Shown here: piece after piece, positions 62,708 through 64,000 of the stretch
Layout: each line of letters begins with the position of its first letter
Numbering within the stretch: the stretch's first letter is position 1
Assembly (NCBI RefSeq): GCF_009914755.1
Contig: NC_060934.1
Origin: the human T2T-CHM13v2.0 reference genome, Homo sapiens
Direction: 5' to 3' (one strand)
DNA: 64,000 bases
Translations under genes and position numbers: made by a program
The notes under the pieces: model-generated
Told to the model about the DNA's origin: nothing
The model's database searches: none
The model's input: only the letters and a program-made list of their open reading frames with translations

Positions 62708-63574
62708 ACGTTTCCTAGAGGCGCTGGGTTCGGGCCCACGTTGCAACGAGTCAGATGCTCTTGGTAGCTCAGGGAGGTGTTCACACTCCTGCCGTTTCCG
62801 TGAGGATGGTGACGACTCCGAACTATAGCAGCATACTCTACCTACCCCTGATCAGTTTATGGAAGAAAAGGAAACCAAACAAAGTATGTTGCGTTTCCCT
62901 TAAGCTTGCTGCCTGATTTTCTGGTTTCTGCTCTGATTGGCTACATATACACATATTATCAATTATTCCAAATTTTAGGTTTGTTCCCCCATTAAAACGG
63001 CTTTTCAGGGATACCATATTCATGGTTAACCGTGTACCTGTGCTTACAACTGCTTTTTTAATTTTGTTTTTTGATACAGGGTCTTGCTCTATGCAGGTCT
63101 GCACTCTGAGCTCAGAGTGCTGTCTCGGGCCCCCAAAATCTGGGATTAGAGATGGGAGCCGGTGTACCCAGCCTGTGCTTATAATTTTTCGTACTCAGCG
63201 TTCAAATGCTGACAATTCTGCATTTTGGAAGAAAGCCTCTCCGGCTTCCCATAGTGGGTAGACTGTTGACATCAAGGTTGGGTGCCTTCTTTGTGAAACC
63301 TTGTTGCATCCTAGCTTTAAGGGAATTTGCAAGTTAAATAATTATATTCATAGTAATGTTTTTAAAGAACATTTAACGACATAAGACACATTTCCTTTAA
63401 TATTAAAAGCATGTACATATTTCAGAAAACTTGCTTACCTGGACAACCTGCCCTGACCAGTAGGCCATAGTGTCCTTGCTTAGGTGCCTGGTTCCTTTAC
63501 CTCCACGGATAACCTACAGGAGCTTACTCTTGGTTCATAACATTGCTAGGGCCATTGATGTGGTATAAGTCTAG

Positions 63575-63900
<326 letters not shown>

Positions 63901-64000
63901 GTAGGTTAAACTTCAATCTTTTTTGTCTATGTCTACATTCCAGCAGACATCTATGTCTTACCTATTACAAAAGAAAGTAATGGGATGGGTTCAGTGGCTC

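Noticed and set aside
60283-62784. Long Pro/Gly/Arg-rich ORFs (up to 329 aa) on both strands
   Set aside because: Explained by stop-codon scarcity in the CpG island and by VNTR periodicity.
62715-62790. tRNA-like fragments (GGTTCG, TAGCTCAG)
   Set aside because: The boxes are in the wrong order and I could not build a cloverleaf.

Overview
Human (primate) genomic DNA, very Alu-rich, covering the 5' end of LARP4B (La-related protein 4B) on the minus strand. It contains a CpG-island promoter with non-coding exon 1 (donor at 61196), a ~45.6 kb intron 1, coding exon 2 (15423-15542, MTSDQDAKVVAEPQTQRVQEGKDSAHL), exon 3 (14229-14288, MNGPISQTTSQTSSIPPLSQ) and part of intron 3. The main observation is an uninterrupted minus-strand ORF of at least 971 codons inside intron 3, from the ATG at 2913 to the window edge at 1. 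The ORF track misses it, most likely because it has no stop inside the window. It has its own splice acceptor (2994) and a strong Kozak ATG, and it starts MGCCFSRELSSDNDSEKTGLL. That is a myristoylation plus dual palmitoylation signal followed by an acidic dileucine motif, the same layout as the lysosomal anchor of LAMTOR1/p18. My inference is a giant alternative first coding exon giving a membrane/lysosome-tethered LARP4B isoform, or else a nested gene. The introns hold about 45 Alus, L1/L2/MIR fragments, MaLR and ERV1 LTR elements including a ~8.4 kb MER4-group provirus remnant, hAT and Tigger DNA transposons, a tailless tRNA-Gly 5'-half retrocopy and a decayed tRNA-Ser. A GC-rich VNTR lies upstream of the promoter. 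Repeat subfamily names and boundaries were read by eye and are approximate.
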